Part shown: positions 18,538 to 28,207 of the stretch, in pieces | Position numbering within the stretch: position 1 is the first letter of the stretch | Layout: every line of letters begins with the position of its first letter | From: Patescibacteria group bacterium | Lineage (GTDB): Bacteria; Patescibacteriota; Minisyncoccia; Phycocordibacterales; UBA9973 | Length of the DNA stretch: 33,560 nt | Direction: 5' to 3' | Assembly: GCA_018813625.1 (NCBI GenBank) | Contig: JAHJBA010000057.1 | Span: 1 to 33,560, forward strand | Notes under the pieces: model-generated | Database searches by the model: none | What the model was told of the DNA's origin: nothing | What the model saw: only the letters and a program-made list of their open reading frames with translations | Program-made: the position numbers and the translations under genes

Positions 18538-20201
18538 ACGAAAAAAACGAAAAAAAAATATGTAAGACTTGTGGAAAGGATTTTGAAATAAGAAAAGAGG
18601 ATTTTATATTTTTTAAACAGGTAAAAACTGCGTCACCACTAGATTGTCCTGATTGTCGCATGGCGAGGCGTTTAGTGTTTCGGAATGAAAGAACTCTTTA
18701 TAAGAGAGCGTGTGATCTTTGTAAAAGAGATTTAATAACAGTTTATTCGCCAGAATCAGATTTTAAGGTTTATTGTCATGATTGTTGGTGGAGTGATTCT
18801 TGGGATCCAAAAAGCTTTGCGATGAATTATGATTTAAATAAATCTTTTTTTGAACAATATAAAGAGTTACAAAAAAAAGTTCCTAGACAAAGCATGGCAG
18901 CGGTAAATAATGTTAGAAGTGATTATACTAATGGTTCTGCGGAAAATAAAGACTGTTATTTAATTTTTGCTGCTGATTATAATGAGGACTGCATGTATGG
19001 TAGGTTGCTTCAAAGAGATAAAAATTGTCTTGATTGTGCTTTTTTGCATGAATCAGAACTTTGTTATGAATGTATTGATTCTAGAAGTTGTTTTAAGTGT
19101 ATGTTTTGCGAGCAATGTCAGTCATCAAGTGATTTGCTGTTTTGTTATAATATGAGAGATTCAAATAATTGTATTCTTTGTACAAATGGAAGACATTTAT
19201 CTAATTCAATTTTAAATGTTAAATATTCTAAAGAAGAATTTGAAAAGAAAAAAGCTGAAATTCTTTCTAGTTATGAAAATATTGAAAAAGCAAAAGAAGA
19301 GTTTTCTGAATTAAAGAAAAATACTATTGTAAAATATGCTTGTCAAACAAAATGTAACGAGGTTACTGGTAATTATTTACACAATTGTCATCAGGGAATA
19401 ATGCTTTATGATACTTATGATTCAAAAAACTGTTCTTATATGACAGATACCGAAAGTCCTATTGACAGTCAAGACTGTAATAATTATTATTATAAACCAC
19501 AATTTGGATATAACGTTATGGGAGCATTAGAAGGTAGTCAATTAAAAAATAGTGCTTTCGTTTTTTATTGTAACGAAGTTGAATATTGTGAAAATTGTCA
19601 TCATTTAATAAACGGGATAGGATGTAGCGCTATTCGCAGAGGGGAATATATGATTCTTAACAAACAATACACAAAAGAAGAATATTATAAGTTGAAAGAA
19701 AAGATAGAAGAACAGATGAAAAAGGAAGGAACTTACGGGCAATTTTTTCCAGCTGAACTTGCGCCGTTCGGATATAATGAAACATTAGCGCAAGATTATA
19801 TTCCATTAAAAAAAGAAGAAGCTTTGAAAAGAGGTTTTAGTTGGCAAGAAAAAATAACAGGTACTTATGGAAAAGAAACCATTAAAAAAAGCGAGATACC
19901 AAGTTCTATAGAAAATATAGATGAAAGTATTTTAAAAGAAATATTAGTGTGTGAAGAATGTAATAAAAATTTTAGAATTACTGAAGCAGAGTTAAGTTTT
20001 TACAAAAGAATGCATTTACCATTACCACATAAAGATTTTGAGTGTAGACATAAAGATAGAATGTTAAAGAGAAATCCACGTAAACTCTGGCATAGAAAAT
20101 GCATGAAAGAAGGTTGTAAGAATGAATTTGAGACAAGTTATGCACCTGATCGACCAGAGATTGTATATTGTGAGGACTGTTATAAAAAAGAGGTATACTA
20201 A
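18534..20201 (+). CDS. Cys-rich multi-zinc-ribbon protein of unknown function
   Basis: CKTC, CPDC, CDLC, CHDCWWSD, CEEC and CEDC motifs plus periodic Cys repeats; ATGA overlap with the pyrH stop. Confidence 0.85.
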   Translation: MNEKNEKKICKTCGKDFEIRKEDFIFFKQVKTASPLDCPDCRMARRLVFRNERTLYKRACDLCKRDLITVYSPESDFKVYCHDCWWSDSWDPKSFAMNYDLNKSFFEQYKELQKKVPRQSMAAVNNVRSDYTNGSAENKDCYLIFAADYNEDCMYGRLLQRDKNCLDCAFLHESELCYECIDSRSCFKCMFCEQCQSSSDLLFCYNMRDSNNCILCTNGRHLSNSILNVKYSKEEFEKKKAEILSSYENIEKAKEEFSELKKNTIVKYACQTKCNEVTGNYLHNCHQGIMLYDTYDSKNCSYMTDTESPIDSQDCNNYYYKPQFGYNVMGALEGSQLKNSAFVFYCNEVEYCENCHHLINGIGCSAIRRGEYMILNKQYTKEEYYKLKEKIEEQMKKEGTYGQFFPAELAPFGYNETLAQDYIPLKKEEALKRGFSWQEKITGTYGKETIKKSEIPSSIENIDESILKEILVCEECNKNFRITEAELSFYKRMHLPLPHKDFECRHKDRMLKRNPRKLWHRKCMKEGCKNEFETSYAPDRPEIVYCEDCYKKEVY

Positions 20202-20204
20202 AAA

Positions 20205-20276
20205 TACTTGTCCCGTACTGAATTTTTGATTACGGGGCATAAAGATGAAGATTATTAATAAAATTTTAGTACTGGG
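20205..20276 (+). mobile_element. family B hairpin insert, copy B4, abutting the map ATG
   Basis: Near-identical to B1 and B2; ends GTACTGGG-ATG. Confidence 0.85.
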
Positions 20277-21047
20277 ATGGCAATAATAATTAAAACACCA
20301 GAGGAAATAAAAATAATAAGAGAAGGAGGGAAAAGACTCGCTACTGTTTTAAACAAAGTTAAGGAGATGGTTGCTCCTGGTATTTCGACTAAGGATTTGG
20401 ACGATTATGCAAGAAAGCTTATCAGTGAGATGGGAGACTATCCATCTTTTTTAAATTATTCACCCGATGGTGCCAGCAAGCCCTATCCAGCGGCTCTTTG
20501 CGTATCGGTTAATGATGAAGTTGTACACGGCATTCCTAACAAAGATAGAATTTTGCAAGAAGGAGATATCGTTTCTATAGATCTGGGATTGAAGCATAAA
20601 AATCTTTTTACCGACATGGCCATGACAGTTTCGGTTGGCGAAATAAGTTCGTCTTCAAAGAAGCTTTTAGAAACAACGGAGAGGGCATTGTATGTTGGAA
20701 TAAATGCTGTGCGAGCAGGAAATAGAATAGGAGATATAGGTCATGCTATAGAAAGTTTTGTTCGTCCACATAGGTATGGCATTGTAGAAGTTTTGGCGGG
20801 GCATGGTGTTGGTAAGGCGGTTCACGAGGATCCATATATTACAAATTTTGGCAAAAAGGGAATGGGGGAGAAATTAGTTCCAGGTATGGTTATAGCCATA
20901 GAGCCGATGATAAATAATGGAACTAAAAATGTGACCCTAGATAAGGACGGTTATACTTTTCGTACCGCAGACGGAAAAAAGAGTGCACACTTCGAGCACA
21001 CCATTCTTGTCACGGAAGGGGAGCCAGAAATCTTGACTCGAATATAA
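20277..21047 (+). CDS. map: methionine aminopeptidase type I
   Basis: SVNDEVVHGIP, GHGVG..HEDP, AIEPM, SAHFEHT. Confidence 0.98.
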   Translation: MAIIIKTPEEIKIIREGGKRLATVLNKVKEMVAPGISTKDLDDYARKLISEMGDYPSFLNYSPDGASKPYPAALCVSVNDEVVHGIPNKDRILQEGDIVSIDLGLKHKNLFTDMAMTVSVGEISSSSKKLLETTERALYVGINAVRAGNRIGDIGHAIESFVRPHRYGIVEVLAGHGVGKAVHEDPYITNFGKKGMGEKLVPGMVIAIEPMINNGTKNVTLDKDGYTFRTADGKKSAHFEHTILVTEGEPEILTRI

Positions 21048-21052
21048 GTAAC

Positions 21053-21082
21053 AAAAGAACCACTCAATTGAGTGGTTTTTTT
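21053..21082. terminator. probable bidirectional terminator between convergent genes
   Basis: AACCACTC-AATT-GAGTGGTT with flanking A and T tracts. Confidence 0.75.
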
Positions 21083-21095
21083 GTTTTATTATTTT

Positions 21096-21611
21096 TTATA
21101 AACTAGGACCTCCCGACAAGGCAGAACCATATTTAATATCTTTTGTGTTTACATATATTGCTTTGTTTGTTTTTGGATCAGGCCCTATTCTTCCGCCAAA
21201 CTTATCTGCTTCAGCTTCGGCCAAAATAGCTTCCATCTCTTTTTGGCTTGGCTCTGTGAAATAACCTTTTTTAATGGCATTTTGAACAATTGCCCCGTGT
21301 CTTACAATAAAGTCTCTTTCTTTTTTATTTTTAAATAAAAACTTATCGGCAAACTTTTCTCCGGTTTCTCTTATTCTTTTTTCGCTGTCTGACAGGAACA
21401 TGCTAGATATTTTTGAACCCAAATCTTTTCGCCTAAGCTTCTCTTGAAGTTTTTTTAACTCCACTAATTCTGCTTGTTCGGAAGCGCTTAAGCTTTCTAC
21501 ATCTTTTATTGCCTCCTTTGCAATTTCTTTAGTATCGCCTCCATCCAATTTATTTTCTTCTTTCACTTCTTCTCCAGTGGCGACCTTTTTTTCTAATTTT
21601 TCCATCTCCAT
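21096..21611 (-). CDS. hypothetical charged protein (orphan)
   Basis: 171-aa E/K-rich ORF; minus-strand TTGACT(21719)-17-TATACT promoter. Confidence 0.75.
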   Translation of the reverse strand: MEMEKLEKKVATGEEVKEENKLDGGDTKEIAKEAIKDVESLSASEQAELVELKKLQEKLRRKDLGSKISSMFLSDSEKRIRETGEKFADKFLFKNKKERDFIVRHGAIVQNAIKKGYFTEPSQKEMEAILAEAEADKFGGRIGPDPKTNKAIYVNTKDIKYGSALSGGPSL

Positions 21612-21767
21612 AATATTTTTGTGTTTAATTATTTTTATAAAGCGACTTTTAATATTATATACATTTTGATTAATGATTGTCCACTAAACTAGTATACCAA
21701 ATTTAATTTTAAAAGTCAATGGATGAAATATCTTTTAAAATTCGGTCTTTGTTGTATAATTAAAACA

Positions 21768-24530
21768 ATGGAAGGACAATATTTTAACGAAATGCCAAAA
21801 TTCAAGACTCCCAGGGAGGAGCTTGATTATTTGCGTGCTCATGTCGCTCAAAGGGAGCAAGAACTAATAGATATGGGACATTTTGAGCATGCAGAAGAGA
21901 GTGCGGTGAAAGATGTAGTGGCAGAATACAAAAAAGTTCCAATAGAAGAGGCTGTTCCCGAAGAGGATATTTTAAGTAAAAAAGAAGCTGGGGCGATTGT
22001 ATTAAAACTTAAGCCAGAGATTCATGACACAGTGATGGAGGAGCTTTTAGGGTTGATGATGATTAAGGGGATAAAAAATGTTCTTTCTGTTGTTGAGGCA
22101 ATGAATAATCCTCATATCGACGATGATTTTCACAGACTTTTGGTTCAATATATAAAGACGGGGCAGGTCGTGTCTGGGCTAAAAGAGGGAACACCAATTC
22201 ATAAAGCTCTTAATATGACGCTTTTTGAGGTGACACTTCCTCCTCCCTCTGATGAGGCTGATAAGCAGAAGGGATTTAAAGATTTTATTGGTGCCATGGA
22301 GCAATTTTACGCTGGCATGCAGTCCATTTCCGAAGGCAACAACAATGAAAAGGAAAATTACTTTACTTTGGAAATAGCGCTTGGCAATCAGAGCGATCAA
22401 GTGGTTGTTTATGTTGCTGTGCACAACAAATATGTTCCTCTTTTTGAAAAACAAGTTTTAGCTTTTTACCATGACGCAAAAATCCATGAAGTTTCTGATG
22501 ACTATAATATTTTTAATGAGAAAGGTGGATCTGTGGGTGCATATGGCGTGCTGACTGAACGTCCCGTTTTGCCTATTAAAACCTATGAAAACATAGATCA
22601 CGATCCGATGAATACAATACTCAATGTATTCTCTAAATTAAACACAGAAGGAGAAGGGGCCGCTATACAAATAGTTGTTGCCCCTGCTGGTAATAAGTTT
22701 ATCAATGAGTTTCATATGATTTTGGACGATGTAAAAAGTGGAACATCGGTCAAACATGCGGCGGACAATTTTTATAAATTTAATAAAGCATTATTAAAAG
22801 CATCAAAAGAATTTCTTTTTGGTTTAAAAAAGAAAGATGAAGATGAGAAATCTATGCCTGGTAGGCGAGCGGTGGATGAGGGTGCTGTTGAAAAAATAAA
22901 CAACAAAGTAAAAAGTACGATAATGAAGGCAAATATCCGTGTTATTGCATCAGCGGAAACAAAAGAGCGTGCCGGGGCCATTCTTAAAGAAGTGGAATCT
23001 TCCTTTAATCAATTTTCTGAAGCGGCCAGTAATGAAATAAAATTTAAAGAAGTTTCTGGGGGTGAATTGAAGCAACTTTTCCATGATTTTTCATATAGGA
23101 CTTTTTCTAATGACAGAATTTTACCTTTAAATCTAAAAGAGCTTTCATCTATCTTTCATTTTCCAGTTGGCATATCAAGCCAACCTCAACTTAAGGAGGC
23201 TAAGGCGGGGATTGCTCCTGCTCCTATTGAGATGAGTAAAGAAGGAGTCCTTCTTGGAATTAATAGTTATCGGGGAAAAGATACAGAAATACGCATAGCT
23301 CGAGAGGATCGCCTCAGGCATTTCTATGTTGTTGGGCAGACCGGAACAGGTAAGACAAATATTATGCTTAATATGATTACTCAGGACATAAAAAATGGTG
23401 ATGGTTGTTGTTATATAGATCCCCATGGCACAGATATCCAAACAATTTTGTCCCGTATTCCAAAAGAACGCGTAGATGATGTTATTTATTTTGATCCTGC
23501 ATATACTGCACGTCCCATGGGCCTTAATATGCTTGAATTTGATCCCAAGTACCCAGAACAAAAAACATTTGTGGTAAATGAACTTATGGGGATTTTTAAT
23601 AAGCTCTTTGACATGAAAACTTCCGGTGGGCCGATGTTTGAACAATATTTTAAAAATAGCGCTTTCCTCATAATGGAGGATCCGGAATCAGGCAATACTT
23701 TACTTGAGATTTCGCGTGTTTTGGCGGACAAGGAGTTTCGTGACATGAAGCTTTCGAAATGCAAAAATCCAATCATTAAACAGTTTTGGGTGAATGCAGA
23801 ACAAACCACTGGAGACCAAAGTTTAGCAAATTTTGTACCTTATATTACTTCGAAATTTGATAATTTCATTTCTAATGACATTATGCGTCCAGTAGTTTTA
23901 CAGGAAAAATCAGTTTTTAATTTTAGAAAGATTATGGACGAGAAAAAAATATTGCTCGTGAATCTTTCAAAAGGAAGACTGGGTGATATAAACGCCAATC
24001 TTATTGGCCTTGTGCTTGTTGGAAAAATCCAAATGGCAGCACTTTCTCGTGTTGATATGTTTGGCAAGCCCATGAATGATTTTTATCTTTACATCGATGA
24101 ATTTCAGAATGTCACGACAGATTCCATTTCCTCTATTTTGTCTGAAGCTAGAAAATATAAATTATCGCTTAATATTGCGCATCAATATATTACTCAATTA
24201 GAAGAGGGAATAAAAAATGCTGTTTTTGGAAATGTTGGTTCCATGGCGGTGTTTCGGGTTAGCTCCGAAGATGCAGAATTTTTGGAAAAAAGATTTCAAC
24301 CTACGTTTAAAGCATCTGATATTATGAAACTTGATAATTATAATGCTTACGTAAACATGTTGGTGAAGGGTCAGCCGACAAAGCCTTTCAATCTTAGAAC
24401 GCTTCCACCAGAAGAAGGTAATCTAAAATTAGTGGAAAGTCTCAAAGAACTTTCCTATCTAAAATATGGCCGTGACAGGGAAGAGATTGAAGCTGAAATC
24501 ATGGCTAAATATGAAATTCAAAATAATTAA
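21768..24530 (+). CDS. VirD4/TraG-like (HerA/FtsK superfamily) ATPase
   Basis: Walker A GQTGTGKT, IDPHG, Walker B LYIDEFQN, SEARKY, AHQ..QL, VFGNVG. Confidence 0.88.
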   Translation: MEGQYFNEMPKFKTPREELDYLRAHVAQREQELIDMGHFEHAEESAVKDVVAEYKKVPIEEAVPEEDILSKKEAGAIVLKLKPEIHDTVMEELLGLMMIKGIKNVLSVVEAMNNPHIDDDFHRLLVQYIKTGQVVSGLKEGTPIHKALNMTLFEVTLPPPSDEADKQKGFKDFIGAMEQFYAGMQSISEGNNNEKENYFTLEIALGNQSDQVVVYVAVHNKYVPLFEKQVLAFYHDAKIHEVSDDYNIFNEKGGSVGAYGVLTERPVLPIKTYENIDHDPMNTILNVFSKLNTEGEGAAIQIVVAPAGNKFINEFHMILDDVKSGTSVKHAADNFYKFNKALLKASKEFLFGLKKKDEDEKSMPGRRAVDEGAVEKINNKVKSTIMKANIRVIASAETKERAGAILKEVESSFNQFSEAASNEIKFKEVSGGELKQLFHDFSYRTFSNDRILPLNLKELSSIFHFPVGISSQPQLKEAKAGIAPAPIEMSKEGVLLGINSYRGKDTEIRIAREDRLRHFYVVGQTGTGKTNIMLNMITQDIKNGDGCCYIDPHGTDIQTILSRIPKERVDDVIYFDPAYTARPMGLNMLEFDPKYPEQKTFVVNELMGIFNKLFDMKTSGGPMFEQYFKNSAFLIMEDPESGNTLLEISRVLADKEFRDMKLSKCKNPIIKQFWVNAEQTTGDQSLANFVPYITSKFDNFISNDIMRPVVLQEKSVFNFRKIMDEKKILLVNLSKGRLGDINANLIGLVLVGKIQMAALSRVDMFGKPMNDFYLYIDEFQNVTTDSISSILSEARKYKLSLNIAHQYITQLEEGIKNAVFGNVGSMAVFRVSSEDAEFLEKRFQPTFKASDIMKLDNYNAYVNMLVKGQPTKPFNLRTLPPEEGNLKLVESLKELSYLKYGRDREEIEAEIMAKYEIQNN

Positions 24531-24604
24531 ATATATTTTGAATTTTTATTTAAATTTGCTAAGATTATACGAAGTTATATTATAATTTAATTTTTTAGAA
24601 ATTT

Positions 24605-25126
24605 ATGTCTCATTTAGAAAAAACCCTTATTGTATTTAAGCCAGATGCAGTTCAGCGTGGTCTTGTTGGGGAGATTTTGTCTCGTTTTGAAAAAGTTGGA
24701 TTGAAGATTATTGGTGTAAAAATGCTTAAGCCAGACTATGATCATTATTTTCACCATTATGAAAAGATTGGGAAAATGATTTCTCGTCGAGGGCAAGAAG
24801 TTTTTGATGTAACACTTAAGATGATGGGTGCGGGTCCAGTAGTCGCTTTTGTTCTAGAGGGGATTGAAGCGGCTTCTCTGGTTCGCAAAATGGTTGGTTC
24901 CACTGAGCCAAAATCTGCCTTACCGGGAACCATCCGTGGAGATTACGCGCACATGAGCTATATCTATGGAGATGTCAACAAGGTTGGGATTCCAAATCTT
25001 ATTCATGCCTCCGGTGATGCTGAAGAGGCTAAAAATGAAATTGCTCATTGGTTCTCTGATAGTGAACTTTATGAATATGAAACGGCGCACGAAAAATTTA
25101 CTCAAACTAAAAAACCTAGTAAATAA
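24605..25126 (+). CDS. ndk: nucleoside diphosphate kinase
   Basis: KPDAVQRGLVGEI, PGTIRGD, NLIHASG. Confidence 0.97.
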   Translation: MSHLEKTLIVFKPDAVQRGLVGEILSRFEKVGLKIIGVKMLKPDYDHYFHHYEKIGKMISRRGQEVFDVTLKMMGAGPVVAFVLEGIEAASLVRKMVGSTEPKSALPGTIRGDYAHMSYIYGDVNKVGIPNLIHASGDAEEAKNEIAHWFSDSELYEYETAHEKFTQTKKPSK

Positions 25127-25211
25127 AAGACAAATATTCTTGTTTTTTTCTAAAAACTATGTTTTTATTTAAAATCTATTGCAAAAATTACTGGAATAGA
25201 TAAACTTTTAA

Positions 25212-25338
25212 TAGGGTTATTTTCAATTATTACCTAGAACAATAATCTTTGGGAATCTCGATCACATTCGGCCTTGGCCCCTTGTGTCTGATACCCACCT
25301 AGCTTTTAAGCTACGGTAATACATTGAAAATAGTCCTA
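25212..25338 (+). ncRNA. rod-shaped ncRNA, 6S RNA-like candidate
   Basis: 16-bp closing stem 25212-25227/25323-25338 with G-U wobbles, a second stem, a central bubble and an apical stem; own promoter and terminator. Confidence 0.55.
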
Positions 25339-25343
25339 AGAAG

Positions 25344-25370
25344 AATTCCGCCTTGGCGGATTTTTTCTTT
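25344..25370 (+). terminator. intrinsic terminator after the ncRNA
   Basis: TCCGCC-TT-GGCGGA followed by TTTTTT. Confidence 0.7.
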
Positions 25371-25392
25371 TTAAAATGTTAAAATTATAGGA

Positions 25393-25788
25393 ATGAACAA
25401 AAAAAAGCTTCTGATACGCCTAGTCTTTCTAATTCTTTTTATCTTTGCACTAAATTATATAGCAACTGGATTTTATTGGTATTTCAGTATTTGGTATTTT
25501 GACATGTTGATGCATTTTTTAGGTGGATTTTGGGCCGGCTTGGCGGTGATTTATGTTTTATCAAGTCAAGAATTAGATTTTAAATTAATAATTAAGGTTT
25601 TTTTGGGTGTTTTGTTGATAGGGTTTTTATGGGAGGTATTTGAAGTTTCAGTTGATAAGACTATTTCTCAAAATCCTTTCAATTTTTTAGATACCGTTTC
25701 TGATATATTCTTTGATCTGGCCGGAGGTGGGCTTTCCTTGATTTACTTTTCGAAGAGAATTATGACTAAAATAAAAAATGGGATATAA
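25393..25788 (+). CDS. small multi-pass membrane protein (VanZ/DUF2238-like)
   Basis: About 4 hydrophobic helices; DxxMHFLGG, WEVFE and DTVSD motifs. Confidence 0.7.
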   Translation: MNKKKLLIRLVFLILFIFALNYIATGFYWYFSIWYFDMLMHFLGGFWAGLAVIYVLSSQELDFKLIIKVFLGVLLIGFLWEVFEVSVDKTISQNPFNFLDTVSDIFFDLAGGGLSLIYFSKRIMTKIKNGI

Positions 25789-25795
25789 TAAAAAA

Positions 25796-27160
25796 ATGGA
25801 AGAGATGGCTAAAATTACATTTTGTGGTGGGGCAGGCTCAGTGACGGGAGCTAATTTCCTTTTTGAGGTATATGGTAAAAAAATTCTAGTAGATTGTGGG
25901 CTTACGCAAGGATCTAAATTGGCTGATGACATAAACTGGGACCCTTTTTCTTATAATCCAAAAGAAATAGATATTCTTTTTGTCACTCACTCTCACATAG
26001 ATCACATTGGAAGGATTCCAAAATTAATTCATGACGGCTTCCGTGGAAAAATTTATTCTACTTTTCCCACTAAGGCGCTTATTGATCCTATGCTTAAAGA
26101 TACGGCCGGAATACTTTCTAAAAACAAAGAATTTTCGTTACACGAGATTTATTCCGACAATAATATAAAATTAGCCCTTTCTTTATGGCAGGGGTTTGAA
26201 TACCATGAAAAAATAAAAATTACTGAAAACCTAGAGGCCTCTTTTCTTAATGCTGGGCATATTTTGGGTTCCGCCATGGTTGAGTTTATCTTTAATAAGA
26301 AAAAATTTGTTTTTACTGGTGACTTGGGCAATTCTCCTTCTCCTATTTTGCCGGATTGCGAGAGAATTACGGATGCAGATTATTTGATAATGGAGAGTAC
26401 GTATGGTGACCGTAATCACGAATCTCGTAATGATAGAAAAAATATGCTAGAAGACGCGATTGAAGAAAACGTTAAAAAGAAAGGCACGCTCATGATACCC
26501 ACTTTTTCTCTGGAGCGTACTCAGGAACTTCTTTTTGAGATAAATGACTTGATAGAAAGGGGGAGCATTCCTCTAGTGCCATTTTTCTTAGATTCTCCAC
26601 TTGCCATCAAGTTAACTGATATATATAAAAAATTTGAGAGTTACTTGAATGATGAAGCCAAAAAATTAATAGAGTCTGGCAAAGATGTTTTTGTTTTTCC
26701 GGGACTTCGACCGACGCTGGAGGCAGAACAATCAAGAACAATACTCCGAATGCCCAATCCGAAGATAATTATCGCTGGTTCTGGTATGTCGTCTGGGGGC
26801 AGAATTGTGCATCACGAAAAACAATATCTTCCTGACCCCAACAATATGCTTTTACTTACTGGATATCAGTCTGTGGGTACTCCAGGCCGTTTAATTCAGG
26901 AAGGGGATAAGACCGTTCGTATTTATGGAGAGGATGTAACAGTGCGCGCTAAGGTTATTACCATACATGGTTATTCTGGACACAAAGATTCTGATAATTT
27001 ACTAAGTTTTGTTGAAGACACACAGGAAACCTTGAGAAAGGTCTTCGTGGTTATGGGTGAGCCAAAATCGTCAATGTTTTTGGCTCAAAAGATTAGAGAT
27101 AATTTAGGGGTAGAAACGTCTGTGCCAGAGTTAGGAGAAAGTATTTCGCTTCCTTGTTAA
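25796..27160 (+). CDS. MBL-fold beta-CASP RNA-processing nuclease (exact start uncertain, 25778-25805)
   Basis: THSHIDHIG, AGHILGS, FTGDLG, MESTYG, SGMSSGGR, YSGH. Confidence 0.92.
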   Translation: MEEMAKITFCGGAGSVTGANFLFEVYGKKILVDCGLTQGSKLADDINWDPFSYNPKEIDILFVTHSHIDHIGRIPKLIHDGFRGKIYSTFPTKALIDPMLKDTAGILSKNKEFSLHEIYSDNNIKLALSLWQGFEYHEKIKITENLEASFLNAGHILGSAMVEFIFNKKKFVFTGDLGNSPSPILPDCERITDADYLIMESTYGDRNHESRNDRKNMLEDAIEENVKKKGTLMIPTFSLERTQELLFEINDLIERGSIPLVPFFLDSPLAIKLTDIYKKFESYLNDEAKKLIESGKDVFVFPGLRPTLEAEQSRTILRMPNPKIIIAGSGMSSGGRIVHHEKQYLPDPNNMLLLTGYQSVGTPGRLIQEGDKTVRIYGEDVTVRAKVITIHGYSGHKDSDNLLSFVEDTQETLRKVFVVMGEPKSSMFLAQKIRDNLGVETSVPELGESISLPC

Positions 27161-27179
27161 ATTGGTATATAATTAAAAT

Positions 27180-27779
27180 ATGGATACTTTATCATTAAAT
27201 CCTTATACGAAGCACGGACATCATCAGATAAAAATCTGTGTTTCTGGTGCAGCTGAAACAGGGCATTGTGGAGCCGGGGCACTTGAAAAAGCAAAGGAAT
27301 TGGGGCGTGAGATTGCGCGTCAAGGGGCGGTATTGGTTACAGGGGCTACTACTGGATTTCCACTTTGGGCAGCAATGGGAGCAAAGGAGGTCGGTGGGCT
27401 TTCCATCGGATTTTCTCCAGCTGCTACCGAAAAAGAACATGTGGAAGTTTACAAGCTCCCCATTGATTATTTGGATTTAATAATTTATACGGGTTTTGGC
27501 TATCCGGGAAGAGACTTGCTCCTTACTCGCTCAACCGATGCGGTAATCTGTGGATGCGGGCGTATTGGAACGATTCATGAATTTACGATTGCATTTGAAG
27601 ACGGGAAGGTTATTGGCGTCTTTGAAGGTCCTTGGGAGATGTCAAAGCAATTAAAGGAAATTATAGATAAAAGCCACCGTCCGAATCCGAAAATTGTTTT
27701 TGGCGAAGACCCAAAAAAAATTGTTACAGATGTTATTGATCTCGTTAAAAAATACAAAGTGGACGAATTCAAAATTTAA
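27180..27779 (+). CDS. LOG/SLOG-family Rossmann-fold nucleotide-binding protein
   Basis: ELGREIA, LVTGATTG, SIGFSP, GRIGTIHE. Confidence 0.85.
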   Translation: MDTLSLNPYTKHGHHQIKICVSGAAETGHCGAGALEKAKELGREIARQGAVLVTGATTGFPLWAAMGAKEVGGLSIGFSPAATEKEHVEVYKLPIDYLDLIIYTGFGYPGRDLLLTRSTDAVICGCGRIGTIHEFTIAFEDGKVIGVFEGPWEMSKQLKEIIDKSHRPNPKIVFGEDPKKIVTDVIDLVKKYKVDEFKI

Positions 27780-27790
27780 ATAAGAAGCCC

Positions 27791-27818
27791 AAAAAATCCC
27801 CTTGATAGGGGATTTTTT
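27791..27818. terminator. bidirectional terminator
   Basis: AAAAAATCCCCT-TGAT-AGGGGATTTTTT between convergent genes. Confidence 0.85.
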
Positions 27819-27828
27819 GATTTATATA

Positions 27829-28173
27829 TTATTTTAGGCTTGCGAGAATTTTTTCGAAAGTTTTTGGATGATTTTCGGCTAGGTCTGAGAGAATCTTTCT
27901 GTCTAACTCGATCTTCTTTTTCTTTAGGGTTCCGATCAGCTTTGAATAGGACATTCCAAGTTCGCGGGATCCGGCGTTTATTTTAATGTTCCAAAGCTTT
28001 CTGTTGTGAGATTTTCTATCTTTTCTATGTGCAAAAGAATAATTACCAGCGTGTAAAAGTGCCTCCTTTGCCTGACGTTCCTTCGACTTTCGTCCATGAC
28101 GAAAACCTTTCGTTTGTTTTAAAACACTTCTCCTTCTTTTTAATGCATGTACTCCTTTTTTGACTCTTGTCAT
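27829..28173 (-). CDS. rplT: 50S ribosomal protein bL20
   Basis: MTRVKKG, LWNIKINA, SYSK, LDRKILSDLA. Confidence 0.98.
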   Translation of the reverse strand: MTRVKKGVHALKRRRSVLKQTKGFRHGRKSKERQAKEALLHAGNYSFAHRKDRKSHNRKLWNIKINAGSRELGMSYSKLIGTLKKKKIELDRKILSDLAENHPKTFEKILASLK

Positions 28174-28207
28174 AAATCAATTACGAATTAAAAATTTTAA
28201 TTTTTAA

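Noticed and set aside
7945..20276. Family B repeats as a CRISPR array
   Set aside because: Copies are kilobases apart, 72 bp long, with no repeat-spacer periodicity or cas genes
21048..21100. Missing infA-rpmJ-rpsM-rpsK-rpoA after map as gene loss
   Set aside because: These genes may lie elsewhere; this cannot be judged from one window
21768..24530. Conjugative element or ICE
   Set aside because: No integrase, relaxase, VirB genes or att repeats; housekeeping context
25212..25338. SRP (4.5S) RNA
   Set aside because: The conserved helix-8 motif (CAGG...GNRA...AGCA) is not visible on either strand
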